A stretch of 64,000 bases of DNA, taken from the NCBI GenBank assembly GCA_963662615.2, contig CAXXSR010000001.1, forward strand, positions 1,600,001 through 1,664,000. The letters are read 5' to 3'. Every line of letters begins with the position of its first letter. The first letter of the stretch is position 1. This DNA is from Dehalococcoidia bacterium. GTDB lineage: Bacteria; Chloroflexota; Dehalococcoidia; Bin125. Shown piece after piece: positions 33,179-43,823 of this stretch. Under the pieces are notes generated by a model that was not told where the DNA came from, made no database searches, and was given only the letters and a program-made list of their open reading frames with translations. Both the position numbers and the translations under genes were made by a program.

Positions 33179-34588
33179 TTAGGATTTCGAAGCCGCCGCC
33201 CCGGACTGCTCCATCGTGGCTTGCCAGGCGGCGAAGCCGCCGGCGAGGTCGGTGACGTCGTCGAAGCCGTGGCGACGCAGGAGGCTGACCGCGATGGCGG
33301 AGCGGTAACCGCCCGCGCAGTGGATGGCGACGCGGCGGTCGCGGGGCAGCTCGTCCATGCGCGCTCCCAACTCCGTGAGGACGATGTGCACGCTCCCCGG
33401 AATCGTGCCCTGCTCAAGTTCCGCGGCGTTGCGCACGTCGAGCACCAAAGGTGGATTCGGAGTGCGCAGCTCCTCGTCGAGGGTGGCGGGGGCGAGGCGG
33501 TCGAACTGGCCGACGAGGTCGGGGCGCGTCTCGAGCGCGGCCATCCCGTCCTCCAGGTAGCCCGCGACGTTGTCGAAGCCGATGCGGCCCAAGCGCAGGG
33601 CCGCTTCGTCCTCTTGCCCCGGCTCCGTCACGACGATGATGGGACGTTCAGGCGAGAGCAGGATGCCGGCCCAACTTGCGTACTGTCCACCGAGCCCGAT
33701 GTTGGTTGAACCGACGAGGTGCGCGGCGGCGAAGGGACCGGGCTCGCGCACGTCCAGCAGTTGGGCGCCGGCGTTGGACAGTCGCAGCGCCTCATCGAGG
33801 GGGAGCGGCTGCAGCTCGCGCTCGAGCGTTGCATCGAGAGTGGGGCGCTCGCGGCGATTGAGGGTGGCGTCGTAGGAGAAGTAGTCGGGCGTGTCGAGTT
33901 GGTCGGCGGTGACGAGACGGATGAACTCTTCCTTGTTCATGGGCTGCAATGCGTAGTTGTAGCGGCGCTGGACGCCCATGGTGGAGGAGGTGTCGGCGCT
34001 GAGATTCTTGCCGCAGAGGGAGCCAGCTCCGTGGGCCGGGTAGATCAGCGTGTCGTCCGGGAGCGGGAGGAGCTTTGTGTGCAGCGAGTCGTACAACATC
34101 GCGGCCAGCTCTTCAGCGCTCACCCCCACGGAGGCCATGAGGTCAGGCCGGCCAACGTCGCCAATGAACAAGGTATCGCCGGTCAGCACGGCGTGAGGGC
34201 GGCGCGCGGATTTGGCCAGATCAAAGACCAGGAGGGAGATCGCTTCGGGAGTGTGGCCCGGGGTCTCAAGGATCTGGAGGCGGGTCTGGCCGAACTCGAT
34301 GACCTCGCCGTCGTGGAGAGGCGTGAATCGATAGTCCGCTTCCGCCGCCGCGCCCAGACAGATCTCGGCGCCAGCGCGATCCCTGAGCTCAATGTGCCCG
34401 GCCACGAAGTCGGCGTGGAAATGGGTCAGGATCACCCGATCGATCTTGAGGCCGCGTTCCTGGGCGTCGTCAAGGTACTGGTCGACGTCGCGCTGCGGAT
34501 CAACAATGAGCGCCGTCCCACTCTGTTTGTCGCCGATGAGGTAGGAGGCATGGGCCAGGCAATCGAGGTAATACTGCTTGAGCAGCAT
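33179..34588 (-). CDS. MBL-fold persulfide dioxygenase fused to two rhodanese domains (Blh/CstB-like)
   Basis: THFHADF, TPGHTPE, GDVGRPDL, PAHGAGSLC, LDVR, HCAGGYRS. Confidence 0.93.
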   Translation of the reverse strand: MLLKQYYLDCLAHASYLIGDKQSGTALIVDPQRDVDQYLDDAQERGLKIDRVILTHFHADFVAGHIELRDRAGAEICLGAAAEADYRFTPLHDGEVIEFGQTRLQILETPGHTPEAISLLVFDLAKSARRPHAVLTGDTLFIGDVGRPDLMASVGVSAEELAAMLYDSLHTKLLPLPDDTLIYPAHGAGSLCGKNLSADTSSTMGVQRRYNYALQPMNKEEFIRLVTADQLDTPDYFSYDATLNRRERPTLDATLERELQPLPLDEALRLSNAGAQLLDVREPGPFAAAHLVGSTNIGLGGQYASWAGILLSPERPIIVVTEPGQEDEAALRLGRIGFDNVAGYLEDGMAALETRPDLVGQFDRLAPATLDEELRTPNPPLVLDVRNAAELEQGTIPGSVHIVLTELGARMDELPRDRRVAIHCAGGYRSAIAVSLLRRHGFDDVTDLAGGFAAWQATMEQSGAAASKS

Positions 34589-34685
34589 GCACGGTCCCTT
34601 CGCGGTGTCTTCGCCGTCATGATAGCGGAGGCACCGCGCCCTCCGCGGGCGCGTGCATCGGGGACGCAGCGCGAAGTCGTGCCGG

Positions 34686-35531
34686 TCAGATCAGCCCCAC
34701 GTCGCTGAGTTCCGGCCAGCCGCCATGATAGGCTCCCCAGCCGACGAGGACGCCGATTGCCACGGCAACCGCCGTCAGGCAAAACGTGAACAGCGCGGCG
34801 CGTCGCAATGGCGGCGCCGAACGGTAGAGAAACGCCGCGAAAACGAGGGTCAATACGAAGAAGGAGAACGTGAGAGGGACGACCGCCGCTTCGATAGAGG
34901 AGAGGCCAAGCGTGACGCCGTAGAGCACCGCGGCCAGCAAGACGGCCGGGCCGGCGCGGGCGTCCGACACTGGCCGCCTTCGCCACAGCACCACAAGGAA
35001 AAAGAGCGGCAGCAGGCCGGCGCCCAGGTACCAGATGTAGTGACTGAGCTGCTCGTCGTAGAAGTGGATGAGATCCGGCAAGGCGCCACTGGCGTTCTCA
35101 GGCACTTGATGTTGGATGGAGTTGGCCGCCAGGTGCATGCCCTGCCCTTGCGTCCAGACGAGGGCGAGCAAGAGAAACGCGAAGCCCAAGCGACCGCCGA
35201 GGCTGCCAACGCTCGCGCGCATCAGCGCCCACGCCGTCGCGAAGACCAGGAGCGGCGTGGCAATGTCCAGGACGTCGCCCCACTCGATGTCCCGCCGCAG
35301 GGGAAATTCCTGATGAAAGAGGGCGGGTGCGCTGATGAAGAAGGCGTAGATGACGGAAAAGAGGACGAACAGGATCCAGCTGCGGCGGGGCGCCGTGGCA
35401 GCGCCGCCCGGTCCGGCATGGCCGCCGTCGCTGGGTGCGCGACGCGACCGTCGCGGTGTCGCCCAGGCCGCCAATCGGGCCGTCGCGGGGATCACGGCCC
35501 GAGGCCGGCGGATACGCAATCCTGGGGCCAT
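34686..35531 (-). CDS. Polytopic membrane protein with CLN6-like motifs
   Basis: About 7 hydrophobic segments; GQGMHLAANSIQH and HFYDEQLSHYIWY; start uncertain. Confidence 0.75.
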   Translation of the reverse strand: MAPGLRIRRPRAVIPATARLAAWATPRRSRRAPSDGGHAGPGGAATAPRRSWILFVLFSVIYAFFISAPALFHQEFPLRRDIEWGDVLDIATPLLVFATAWALMRASVGSLGGRLGFAFLLLALVWTQGQGMHLAANSIQHQVPENASGALPDLIHFYDEQLSHYIWYLGAGLLPLFFLVVLWRRRPVSDARAGPAVLLAAVLYGVTLGLSSIEAAVVPLTFSFFVLTLVFAAFLYRSAPPLRRAALFTFCLTAVAVAIGVLVGWGAYHGGWPELSDVGLI

Positions 35532-35915
35532 GCAGCCTCCTTGTCGGTGCGCCGGCGTCCTCGGCAGCGGCCACATCACGCTGCAACCGGTCGCACGGGC
35601 GCCAACGGCCCACTATACGCGCGCGCGCCTCTCATGCGGATCGCAGCCGCGCGTGTGACCACCGGACCGCTCCGCCCCCGAGCATCCGAAACCATCGTCG
35701 TCGGCGGGGCGCCAGTCCGACAGGGACAGATGACCCATTGAGGACGGGGGCCTCAGCTGATTTGCATGCCAGCGGCGGCCCGGCCCGCACCACCGTCTCC
35801 GTGGTGCGCGTTGTCGCCGGGGTGCGACCGCCGGGCAGTTGTCCTAACCTGGGATGCGCGCTCTCGGCGGTTCGCCTGCGAGGCCCAGGAGCCGGGTCGC
35901 GGTCAAGAGGATGCC

Positions 35916-37166
35916 ATGCGCTCGCGCGCGGTCAGGCGGCAGGTGGGGGTGGGTTCGCTTGTGGCGGCGGCCGTCCTTCTGGTCGCTTGCAGTGGGGGCG
36001 ATGGCGCAGAGCAGGGCGCAGAGCTGCGCCACGAGCAGCGGCTCGCCGTTCAGACCTCGACCGGTGAGATCGACGTGTTCACACGAGACGGCGGCTTGCA
36101 GCGTGTCTCGCCGCCCACGTCTAACGGTGAAGCAACGGCCTATTCCTGGCCGACCTGGTCCCCGGACGGGACCCGGCTCGCTCTGATCACCACCGCGCTC
36201 CGGTCGAACGAGCAGTGGGTAACTATCGTCGCCGCAGACGGCGTCTCAACGGAGCCACGGGCCAGCGAGGAAGAGGGGGACCTGATCTACCTCTCGTGGG
36301 CGCCGGACAGTGCGACGCTTGGCGCCCTCAGCGCAGGCGAACGGAGCGGCGTCGAGCTGCGCTTCCTGGATGGCTCGACGGCGGAACCGCGACCCGCTCG
36401 CGCGCTCCGCGGCTCTACGTTCTACTTTGCCTGGTCTGCGGACAGCGAGCGTTTGCTGTATCGCTCCGGCACCGGCCAGACCGGCGAGGTGGGCATCTTC
36501 TCCTTGGTTGACGGAAGCTTTAGCCATCAGCGTCCGGACGGCGCCGCCGCCTTTCGCGCGCCGTCATGGTCCAGCCTGGACGGTCTCCCACTCGTGGGCC
36601 TGCGCGACGGCGATGGCATGCAGCGCCTGTCCTATCTCCTCGAAGAGGGAGAGGAGCTGGTCGCGGCGCTGGAGGGGGCGCCCGTGTTCGCGCACGCCCA
36701 CAACGGCTCCGCCATTGCCTATGTGCAGCTCACGCCCGGTGGCGGCCTCTTCCGCAACCTCATGCTGGCGGAGCGGGAGACGGGCGAAACACGCCTCCTG
36801 GTGGAGGGTCCGGTCGTGGCGTTCTTCTGGTCGCCGGACGACAGCCGCATCGCCTTCGTGACGCTGTCCGAGGAACGCACGACGTTTCAGTGGAAGGTTG
36901 TGGATGTGCGAACGGGACGGGTGCGGCCGTTGGACGCGTTCAGGCCCAGCAGCTTCGAGTCCTTCTTCCTCTCCTTCTTCGATCAGTACATCCAGTCGAC
37001 CGAGATTTGGTCTGCGGATAGCTCCACAATCGTGATGGCCGGTACCGTCTTCTTCGGGGGCCAGCCCGTGGATGAGCCCGGCATCTACCTCATCGATGCG
37101 GGCGGCGGGCAGGCCGAGCGCTTGGCCGACGGTGTGCTGGCCTTCTGGGAGCCCGTCCGGCCCTAA
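35916..37166 (+). CDS. TolB-like (PD40 beta-propeller) lipoprotein
   Basis: Lipobox LVAC; repeated WSPDG/WAPDS/WSADS/WSPDD blades. Confidence 0.85.
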   Translation: MRSRAVRRQVGVGSLVAAAVLLVACSGGDGAEQGAELRHEQRLAVQTSTGEIDVFTRDGGLQRVSPPTSNGEATAYSWPTWSPDGTRLALITTALRSNEQWVTIVAADGVSTEPRASEEEGDLIYLSWAPDSATLGALSAGERSGVELRFLDGSTAEPRPARALRGSTFYFAWSADSERLLYRSGTGQTGEVGIFSLVDGSFSHQRPDGAAAFRAPSWSSLDGLPLVGLRDGDGMQRLSYLLEEGEELVAALEGAPVFAHAHNGSAIAYVQLTPGGGLFRNLMLAERETGETRLLVEGPVVAFFWSPDDSRIAFVTLSEERTTFQWKVVDVRTGRVRPLDAFRPSSFESFFLSFFDQYIQSTEIWSADSSTIVMAGTVFFGGQPVDEPGIYLIDAGGGQAERLADGVLAFWEPVRP

Positions 37167-37399
37167 GCCCGCGCCACACGTCTTCCAGCTTCCGTCGCTC
37201 GGGCTCGGCCTGACTCCGCAGCCCCCAGCGCGAGCGCCGACTGGCAAGGGTCCCAGGGGGCCTGCGGACGTCATCCCGAACGTCGTCCAACGGTGACGGC
37301 TGCAGGTCGCAGACGACTCAATCGATGAGGCCGGATCACCTATCGGGGAGCGGACCCTACGTCGATTCTCAGAGTGTGTCAGACAAGGGAAGGTGAGCC

Positions 37400-38428
37400 A
37401 TGCCCGCGGACGGTTCGTCTGGTGCTCCTGGACCAGCCCCCACAGAGGTGGCGCCCGACCGTCGCTACCAGCCGGTGCCCAAGGAGATGTTGGCCAGCGG
37501 CTCCCCCGCCGACTTGTACGTGAAGCGGGGTCAGGACTTCCAGCTCTACTACTCCCAGCATGCGGGAGACTGGGACGCGACGTTGGAGCGCATGGACCGG
37601 GCGCTGATCGGAACGCTCTGGGTCGCCGACGAAGACTTCTCGCTCGTCCTGGCGCACGTGTCTGAGGGCGTCACGAGAGTCGCGGCCGACATCAGCCGTG
37701 ATCCCGTTGAGCGCGGCCAACTCGTCTCGCAGCACTGCTATCAGGCCCTTGAGGAGGCGTACAAACACCCGTCCAACTTGGCCGCCTTCGGAGTTGCAAA
37801 GGCGACGAGCGAGTCGGCCGTGCAAGCGCTCGTGGATCATCCGGAGATTCTGCCCGGCATGGCTCTGCTCCTAGGCCACGACTACGACACGTTCTCCCAC
37901 TCCGTTTGCGTGGCAGCATTCACCGTTAGTCTCGGATTGCGCGTCGGCATTTCGGCGCCTCAGGAGATATTGGCCGTCGGTCTCGGTGCGATGTTTCACG
38001 ACTTCGGCAAGGTTCGCGTGCCTCTTGCGATCCTGACCAAGCCCGGTCCGCTCACGGGCTGGGAGATGGAAGTCGTTCGCCACCATCCCGAGTGGGGCCA
38101 AGCGCTGCTGGAGGACTTGCAGGCCACCGACGTCGCCATGGAGCCGGTGCTCTATCATCACGAACGCTTCAACGGCACCGGCTACCCAGCGGGGCTGAGG
38201 CGAGAGGAGATTCCCTTCTCCGCCCGCGTGGCAGCCGTCGCCGATGTGTTTCACGCCATTACCTCCCGTCGGCCCTATCGCGGTCCGCTCGACATGTACG
38301 CTGCGGCGGAGCTGATGGTCCGCCGCATGCCCGGACACTTCGACCCTGACGTGTTGCGCGAGTTCATCCTCCTGCTTGGTGGCGGTAAGCGGTCCGCTCC
38401 CGGTCCCTCAGTGGGTGCGAGCGGCTAG
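37400..38428 (+). CDS. HD-GYP domain phosphodiesterase
   Basis: HSVCV, HDFGK, HHPEWG, HHERFNGTGYP, ADVFHA, RPYR. Confidence 0.93.
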   Translation: MPADGSSGAPGPAPTEVAPDRRYQPVPKEMLASGSPADLYVKRGQDFQLYYSQHAGDWDATLERMDRALIGTLWVADEDFSLVLAHVSEGVTRVAADISRDPVERGQLVSQHCYQALEEAYKHPSNLAAFGVAKATSESAVQALVDHPEILPGMALLLGHDYDTFSHSVCVAAFTVSLGLRVGISAPQEILAVGLGAMFHDFGKVRVPLAILTKPGPLTGWEMEVVRHHPEWGQALLEDLQATDVAMEPVLYHHERFNGTGYPAGLRREEIPFSARVAAVADVFHAITSRRPYRGPLDMYAAAELMVRRMPGHFDPDVLREFILLLGGGKRSAPGPSVGASG

Positions 38429-38544
38429 ACGGCTGCGCCCTCAGTGCGTGTCCGGGTAAGGCCGCGGGCGCCAGCTCTCCCACGCCAATGCAGCCGTATG
38501 ATGGACGTTCAGGCTTGGGGCCGGGCGCGGGAAGGCGGCACCCG

Positions 38545-39072
38545 ATGCGACCACCTGCGTGGCTCCGCGAAGGCGGCCGTCGCCTGCGGCGGCCCATGGA
38601 TATCTTCACGGCGACCCGGCCGATGGCAGGGATGACGAGTCGGTACCTGCACTATCTGGACCGGCCCTTGCTGCGGCTGACGCGAGGCCGGGTGGCGACG
38701 ACGTTCGGGTTGCCGACGCTGCTGCTGACGACGACGGGGGCGAAGACGGGCCGGCCGCGATCGGTGCCAGTCTTGTACCTGACGCATGGGGACGCGCTGG
38801 CCGTCATTGGTTCGAACTCCGGGCGCCGGCGGCAACCGGGGTGGTGTTACAACTTGCGCGCGCACCCTGAGGCGGAGGTGTTGTTTGGGGGCGAATCGTT
38901 CCGCTGCCGAGCGCGTGAGGCGTCCGGGGAGGAACGGGAAGCGATCTGGGAGCGGGCGACGAAGATGTACGCGGGGTACGCGCGGTACGCGTCGCGACTG
39001 CGCACACGCGAGATCCCGGTGCTGATCCTGGAGCGGGCGGAACCAGGGGGCGGGGTTGGAGAAGTGCGATAG
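38545..39072 (+). CDS. Deazaflavin (F420)-dependent nitroreductase family protein
   Basis: LLLTTTGAKTGRPR, GSNSG, PGWCYNLRAHP, REIPVLILE; start uncertain. Confidence 0.9.
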   Translation: MRPPAWLREGGRRLRRPMDIFTATRPMAGMTSRYLHYLDRPLLRLTRGRVATTFGLPTLLLTTTGAKTGRPRSVPVLYLTHGDALAVIGSNSGRRRQPGWCYNLRAHPEAEVLFGGESFRCRAREASGEEREAIWERATKMYAGYARYASRLRTREIPVLILERAEPGGGVGEVR

Positions 39073-39212
39073 GCGGCGGCGCGAGCTGCTGCTCTGTTGC
39101 CAACTACGTTCCGTCCCGGCCGATCGCGGTCCTCGTGTTCTGGCCCGGTTCTGTGGAGGCCAGGTTCTATGGAGGCCGTGTTCTATTGAGGCAGTCGCTC
39201 CGGTCGAGCGGA

Positions 39213-40319
39213 TCAGCGGAGGACCCGGCTGGTCCGGCGTTTCACCAGGTCCCAGTCGATCTCGTAGCCCAGCCCCGGCGCCTCCGGCGCGTGGACGAAG
39301 CCGTGATCGTCCACTTCGATATCGCGCACCAGTCCGTACTTGTGCGCCTCCGGCGGTAGCAACACTTCGAAGTAGTCGCAGTTGTTGATCGCCATCGTGA
39401 CGTGGAGATTGGCCACGTTATTCAACGAGTTGCCGCCGTGATGGATCTCGCATTTCATGCGGAAGGCCTCGGCGGTATGGGCAATCATCATCATGGGGGT
39501 GATGCCGCCTTTGACTGCGACGTCGCCGCGGAGCATGTCCGTGGCCCCTTGCAGAATGAACTGCTGCATCCCGTACAGGCCGGCCGGAGCGTATTCCGTC
39601 GCCAGGATGGGAATGTCCAGCTTGCTGCGCAGCTTGACGCAGCCGTAGACGTCCTCTTCCGCCAACGGATCTTCGTACCAGAAATAGTCAAGCGCCTCGA
39701 TCGCGCGACCGACGCGCAGCGCATCTTCATAGCTGTATGCCCAGATCGCGTCCAGCATCAGCACCATCTCGTCACCCACGGCTTCACGGACGGCCCGGCA
39801 GATCCTGATGTCTTCCTTGGGATCGCCGCGCGGGTGGATCTTGTAGGCAGTCCACCCGCGTGCCTGAAAGGACACCGCTTCGTTCGCGTAGTCCTCAGCG
39901 GCGGGGTACGATGCCGAACTCGCGTAGGCGGGGACTTGTTCGCGGCAGGAACCCAAGAGGCGGTGGATGGGCTGTCCGCACACCTTGCCGGCGATATCCC
40001 AGAGCGCCACGTCGACGGCGCCAATGGTCCTGGGCGGCGCTCCGCGGTGGCGGCGCCACATCTCATGCCAGAGGCGGCCGATGTCGAGCGGATTCTGTCC
40101 CATCACGAGCGGCTTCAGGTAGGTCAAGAGGGGACCCATGTCATCGTTCGCATCGCGGATGGATGAGCCCAGAAAGGAGTGGCCCGTGACGCCCTCATCC
40201 GTCTCGATGGTGACGACGGCAAGCTCCTTCGTGCCACCAAAACCTCCGGCGGCGTGGCCGTAGCTCCCTTGCGGCACATCCCATTGAAAGACAGTGAGCG
40301 TCAAATCGGTGATCTTCAT
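39213..40319 (-). CDS. Mandelate racemase/muconate lactonizing enzyme family
   Basis: AVDVALWDIAGK, YKIH, LMLDA, WYEDP, ATE, EIH, PGLG. Confidence 0.93.
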   Translation of the reverse strand: MKITDLTLTVFQWDVPQGSYGHAAGGFGGTKELAVVTIETDEGVTGHSFLGSSIRDANDDMGPLLTYLKPLVMGQNPLDIGRLWHEMWRRHRGAPPRTIGAVDVALWDIAGKVCGQPIHRLLGSCREQVPAYASSASYPAAEDYANEAVSFQARGWTAYKIHPRGDPKEDIRICRAVREAVGDEMVLMLDAIWAYSYEDALRVGRAIEALDYFWYEDPLAEEDVYGCVKLRSKLDIPILATEYAPAGLYGMQQFILQGATDMLRGDVAVKGGITPMMMIAHTAEAFRMKCEIHHGGNSLNNVANLHVTMAINNCDYFEVLLPPEAHKYGLVRDIEVDDHGFVHAPEAPGLGYEIDWDLVKRRTSRVLR

Positions 40320-40727
40320 GGGTTCCCTCTCGTGGACTCGTTGAGGGGTGACGCGCCCTTGCCGGGGCGGCTGCAGCGATGGGCCGCCTCGCCCGCACGC
40401 GGGCATTCAGGCGGGCGGATTCTAGGGGGCAACATCAGTGGAGACAAACGGCAACGGGCCAGGCGGAGATCGGCGCGTGGATCCAGAAGTGGCGGGGCGC
40501 CTCCCAGTCCGGCGTCGGCGCGCCTGGGGAGGTCCGCAAGCGACGCATTTCCGCACGCGCGCGACCGCCGCCGACGAGCGCCAGCCGTCCGGGAATGCGG
40601 CATCGCGGATTGTCCTCGTGATGCGCGGCCCCTATCATCCGCCTTACCCAGATAGAGATCGCGTTGGGTGCTCGTCGACGGAGGTGGAGTTCCGAACGCG
40701 AGGCTCTCTTGCAAGGAGGCTGAGATC

Positions 40728-41894
40728 ATGAAGATCACCGCCGTTCGACCTGTGCCGCTCTCGGATCCTATTCCAACGGAGCGGCGGCATCGCACTGATC
40801 TGGGCACAAAGATGAAAACCGACGCCGTGTTGCTGTTCGTGGATACAGACGAGGGGCTCACGGGCATGGGCACGGCGCTTGGCAATCCGCGGGCGGTCGT
40901 GTCCATTGTGGAAGCCGACCTCGCGCCTTACCTGGTCGGGGAGGACCCGCTGTATTCGGAGCGTCTCTACGAGAAGATGTATAACGCCTCCCGCTGGAAG
41001 CCGGCGCTGGAGCGAGGGCATGCGCAACCGGGTGAAGGGCGGAGCGGCGTGACGATGGAGGCGATCGCGGCGCTGGACATTGCCATCTGGGACGTCAAAG
41101 CGCAAGCGCTGGGCGTGCCGATCTATAAGGCGCTGGGCGCCGTCCGCGATTCCGTGCGCGGGTACGGTTCAGGCGGCTGGGCGCCCGGCGACGAGGCAGA
41201 GGCGGAGATGGCGGGCTATGTAGCCAAGGGATTTGGCGCCGTGAAGATGCGCGCGGTGGGGCGGGACGGATTCTCCATTCCCAACGCGGTCCGCCGGGTG
41301 AAGGCCGCGCGCCGCGGCATTGGCCCGGATGTGGAACTGATGCTGGATGCGCACGGCAGCCTGGACATCTCCACGGCGATCCGGCTGGCGCGGGCCCTGG
41401 AGGCGTACGACCTCGCTTGGTTCGAGGAGCCGATAACGCAGGACGACCACCCCGGTCTCGCTGAGGTCCGCCGGTCCACCGTAATCCCCATCGCGACGGG
41501 TGAGCGCGAGTACACTCGCTTTGACTTCGAGGATCTGTTCGAGCACCGCGCTCTGGACATCGCGCAGCCGGACGTCGCGCGCGCGGGCGGCTTCACGGAG
41601 ATCAGACGCATCGCCGCGATGGCGTCGGCGCGTGGGATCAGATTGGCGCCGCACGCCTGGGGAACGGGCGTGCTCTTCGCCGCCAGCATTCACATCGCGA
41701 TGGCGACCCCCAACTGCCACATCTTGGAGGTCAGCATGGGATACATGCCCATGATGTACGAGCTCTTCGAGGAGCCCTTCGACATTCGCGAGGGGACGGT
41801 CCACGCGCCGCAGGGGCCCGGTCTGGGCTTCACGTTGCGCAAGGAGGCGCTGGAGCGGTTCAAGTACGTTGAGGGCCCCGAGTACGTGTTCTAG
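40728..41894 (+). CDS. Mandelate racemase/muconate lactonizing enzyme family
   Basis: DIAIWDVK, KMR, MLDAH, WFEEP, ATGE, QPD, APH, GPGLG. Confidence 0.93.
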   Translation: MKITAVRPVPLSDPIPTERRHRTDLGTKMKTDAVLLFVDTDEGLTGMGTALGNPRAVVSIVEADLAPYLVGEDPLYSERLYEKMYNASRWKPALERGHAQPGEGRSGVTMEAIAALDIAIWDVKAQALGVPIYKALGAVRDSVRGYGSGGWAPGDEAEAEMAGYVAKGFGAVKMRAVGRDGFSIPNAVRRVKAARRGIGPDVELMLDAHGSLDISTAIRLARALEAYDLAWFEEPITQDDHPGLAEVRRSTVIPIATGEREYTRFDFEDLFEHRALDIAQPDVARAGGFTEIRRIAAMASARGIRLAPHAWGTGVLFAASIHIAMATPNCHILEVSMGYMPMMYELFEEPFDIREGTVHAPQGPGLGFTLRKEALERFKYVEGPEYVF

Positions 41895-42038
41895 AGCGGT
41901 ACGGGCGGTGTGCGCGTTCCCTCGCCGCGGCGCTGCCGGCGCGGGGTTCGAGAATCCGGGCCATTGACACCGTAGCGGCAGGCGAGGGGAGGCTCCGCAG
42001 GTCCACTCCCGGCTCCGCTCGAGCCAATCCTTGGCCGC

Positions 42039-43586
42039 TCAGGGGAGAGTGCGAGCGGGTGCGGCCGCGGTCACCATTGAACGAACATGGGCATGAACAT
42101 CCGTCGGTGCGGAAGATGGAATCACGCCACGGAGTTCGCTTCCGTCGCGTGAGGCATCGACACGAATCTGGAGCGCGTCGAGCAGCAGATTCATATCGTC
42201 GCCCTCGGCGCTGTTGACCCACTCGCGGATTGCATCACACATCGCTCGGAGCCCCTTTGAGTCAGGCAGTTCAGGAACTGTGGCCATGACCGGCTTTGCT
42301 TGTTCGGCGAGGCGTTCTTGCTCCGCCCGGATCAACACCGTCTCACGTCGCAGATGCGGCTCGTCGATCTCACCCAGCTGGAATAGCCGCAGCAGCCGGC
42401 CGCGCTACGCCTCGAGTTCGCGTAGGCGCTGCTTGGTCCGAGCTGCCTCGTTCCTCGGGGAACCAGCGGCCGCGCTTTGCCTCCGGATCTCCGCCATGAC
42501 GATCTCCGGGCGCGAGAGCACTGCGGTGACCGCGGCGCGCACGGCATCTTCAAGGCGGTCTGCTCGCACGTACCTGGAGTCACATCGATCATGCTTCGGT
42601 CCGGCGAACGCAGCCCGGCACCGATAGTAGCGGTACTTCTGGTGCTGGGTCTGGCCAACCATTGCCCGGCCACACTCGCGGCAGCGCACACGCCCTGACA
42701 GCAGGTAGTCCCGCTTGCGGCGACCACTCCGTAGGCGCTCGGGGTCTCGGAGGCGCAACTGCACTGCGTCGAACATCTCTCTGGGCACTACCTCGGGTGT
42801 CGCTCCGGGCACCTCGATCCAATCAGCCTCGTCTCGAGGCTCTACTCGCCGAGGCCGTAAGCCCTTGCGCGGCGTCACCTTCGTCTTCCGGTACAGCGTG
42901 CGTCCGGTGTACGCCTCGTGCTGCAACAAGTGGAAGACCGTCGCTGGCGACCACTGTCCGCCAGCGAATGTCGGGGTCCCCTCGTCGTTCAGCGCGTTGC
43001 ATAGTCCGATGATCGAGCAGCCGGTCGCGAACTCGGTGAAGAGGCGCAGTACAACCTTCGCCTGTTCTGCCACGACCGTTCGTTTGCCGGTACTCGGGTC
43101 GTAGACATAGCCGTACATCCCGCGCCCGGTTCCCTGTGGCAGACGACCGGAGCGGGCCCGCTCAACTTTGCCACGCATCGTGCGCTCAGCGATCTTCTCG
43201 CGCTCGAACTCCGCTGCGAACGCCTTGACCGATCGCAGCAGCTGCCCCGTGGCTGTGTCCTCGAAGTCCTCGGTGACGAAGTGGAGCGCGACACCATGCT
43301 GCTCCATCTCCTCAACAAGGATCGCGACGTGGGTCTGCTTCCGACTCATGCGGTCGAGGGCGTGGGCCAAGACGACATCGACCTGTCCTGAGGCTGCGAG
43401 TTCCCGCATTCGCTCCATTCCGGGTCGCTCGAGAGTGAACCCACTGGCTGTGTCACGCAGAGCCTCCGCGACGATCCAGCCATCCTTCTGCGCATACTCC
43501 GCGCACGCAGCCTCCTGCGTGTCGAGCGAGGTCCCCTCACGCTCCTGGGCGTCGGTCGAGACCCGCGAGTAGATCACGCAGCGCAT
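42039..43586 (-). pseudogene. Large serine recombinase (integrase) with an in-frame TAG at 42405-42407
   Basis: YSRVST, DRMSR, recombinase domain, Zn ribbon CRECG...YYRC. The frame continues ELEA*RGRLLRLFQLGEID to 42039 (515 codons in total). Confidence 0.9.
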
Positions 43587-43768
43587 CAGGTTGCCTCCGT
43601 CTCCGACTTTGGGGACCGGCCAGGCGGCCCAATCTCGTCTCCGCTGGTGCGGTACTTCTCGTCGATGGCGTCACGCACGAGCCTCGCCATCGCCGTGTGT
43701 TGCTCGAACGCGAGGCGGCGGAGGGTCTCGTACTCATCATCGCTGATGGTCAGCACTATTCGTCTCAT
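43586..43768 (-). CDS. Ribbon-helix-helix (CopG-like) DNA-binding protein
   Basis: RIVLTISDDEYETLRRLA...MARLVRDAID; TGATG overlap with the recombinase start. Confidence 0.85.
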   Translation of the reverse strand: MRRIVLTISDDEYETLRRLAFEQHTAMARLVRDAIDEKYRTSGDEIGPPGRSPKSETEAT

Positions 43769-43805
43769 GACAATATAATTATATCACTATATTCCGCTTG
43801 AAAGG
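43769..43805 (-). promoter_or_regulatory. Extended -10 promoter with a palindromic operator for the RHH-recombinase operon
   Basis: The - strand reads TGaTATAAT 9 nt before the ATG; perfect palindrome ATATAATTATAT at 43773-43784; strongly AT-rich in a GC-rich context. Confidence 0.7.
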
Positions 43806-43823
43806 ACCGCCTCCAATCCGGCA

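Noticed and set aside
41940-41965. GGGGTTCGAGAATCC as a tRNA T-arm or tRNA integration site
   Set aside because: No cloverleaf, acceptor stem or CCA can be built around it.
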